DNA of 64,000 bases from Candidatus Wildermuthbacteria bacterium (GTDB lineage Bacteria > Patescibacteriota > Minisyncoccia > Minisyncoccales > UBA10102). Location of the stretch: the NCBI GenBank assembly GCA_016186115.1, contig JACPMK010000003.1, positions 154,470 through 218,469 on the forward strand, given 5' to 3'. A program made the translations under genes and the position numbers. Below are positions 63,458-64,000 of this stretch, one piece after another. The notes beneath the pieces were generated by a model that ran no database searches, was not told the origin of the DNA, and saw nothing but the letters and a program-made list of their open reading frames with translations. Positions within the stretch are counted from its first letter, which is position 1. Each line of letters starts with the position of its first letter.

Positions 63458-64000
63458 ATGAAAATTGCGCAAATAGCGCCTCTCATTGAACGCGTGCCTC
63501 CAAAAAAATACGGCGGAACAGAACGAATGGTTTATGCTCTGACCGAAAAACTTGTAAAGCGCGGGCATGACGTTACTCTTTTTGCGAGCGGCGATTCGAT
63601 AAGTTCTGCAAAATTAGTTTCGGTATATCCCCGCAGTTTACGGGAAGCGCGGATCAAAGATCTGTACGGCTTGAATGATTTGATGCTTTTTAATATTGGG
63701 TTGGCGTATTCCAGGCAGAAAGAATTTGACATTATCCATGACCACAACGCTCAAATCAGTTTGCCTACTGCAAATCTTTGCACTGTCCCTGTGGTCTTCA
63801 CTTTGCATGGTCCTATTTCTCTCACGCAACGAAAAATGTTGGAGGAGCTTGGCAATCCCCATCTCGTTGCGGTATCTCATGCCCAGAAGGATCAAGCTCC
63901 TCGCTTGAATTTTGCTGGCGTGGTGTACAACGGATTAGATATGGAACAGTATCCTTTTTCTGCGGAGCACGATGGGTATCTTCTTTCTGTGGGAAGAATT
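63458..64000 (+). CDS. GT4-family glycosyltransferase, 5' partial (runs off the window; not in the ORF track)
   Basis: Hand translation is open from the ATG at 63458 to the window end. MKIAQIAPLIERVPPKKYGGTERMVYALTEKLVKRGHDVTLFASGDS... is the typical GT4 N-terminal domain. Confidence 0.75.
   Translation, partial: MKIAQIAPLIERVPPKKYGGTERMVYALTEKLVKRGHDVTLFASGDSISSAKLVSVYPRSLREARIKDLYGLNDLMLFNIGLAYSRQKEFDIIHDHNAQISLPTANLCTVPVVFTLHGPISLTQRKMLEELGNPHLVAVSHAQKDQAPRLNFAGVVYNGLDMEQYPFSAEHDGYLLSVGRI

Noticed and set aside
1-64000. UGA recoding (genetic code 4/25), considered because the gene content hints at a candidate-phylum lineage
   Set aside because: Many well-supported genes end in TGA at expected lengths. 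RF2 is present with a UGA-dependent autoregulatory frameshift, and no conserved protein needed in-frame TGA read-through.

Overview
The window is a 64-kb, almost entirely plus-strand, tightly packed bacterial segment. UGA is a stop codon here, shown by prfB with its UGA frameshift. Gene content suggests a small-genome, Gram-positive-type bacterium, possibly Patescibacteria/CPR-like; that placement is inference only. Positions 1-29156 are one co-directional surface-glycan locus. It holds a TPP decarboxylase-like gene, a GNAT, pseudaminic-acid synthase PseI, two PIG-L deacetylases, two Wzx-type flippases, a KpsC/KpsS-like Capsule_synth protein, WecB, several GT4 enzymes including a fused double GT4, a CE4 deacetylase, three SAM methyltransferases, a pyruvyl transferase, a Wzy-like membrane protein, SDR epimerases, a PglC-like priming transferase, WbqC, a DegT aminotransferase, an ATP-grasp enzyme and a Wzz-like protein. 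It is followed by a 2223-aa secreted surface protein and a secreted gluzincin-like protease. Both end in the same coiled-coil plus peptidoglycan-binding module. The rest is housekeeping: murB, speH, secA, secDF, pgk, a DHH phosphoesterase, rnhA, an MGMT-like gene, a long RNase P RNA, murJ, lepA, tRNA-Gly/Thr/Gln, prfB and ftsEX. Unusual items are interleaved with it. These are a 57-aa zinc-ribbon ORF that copies the SecA C-terminal tail, and a 24-aa highly basic ORF. There is also a trio of an HTH protein, a membrane protein and a TraD/VirD4-like ATPase with a CxxC-x17-CxxC tail, fused into the pgk operon. The 3' islet (61.3-63.5 kb) holds NUDIX paralogs, paralogous small coiled-coil proteins, short hairpin repeats and a promoter/terminator-bounded GC-rich candidate ncRNA. 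Several consensus sigma70-like promoters sit 6-9 nt from the ATG, implying leaderless mRNAs. No CRISPR array, IS element, integrase or rRNA was seen. All coordinates of non-coding features were hand-derived and cross-checked against ORF boundaries.
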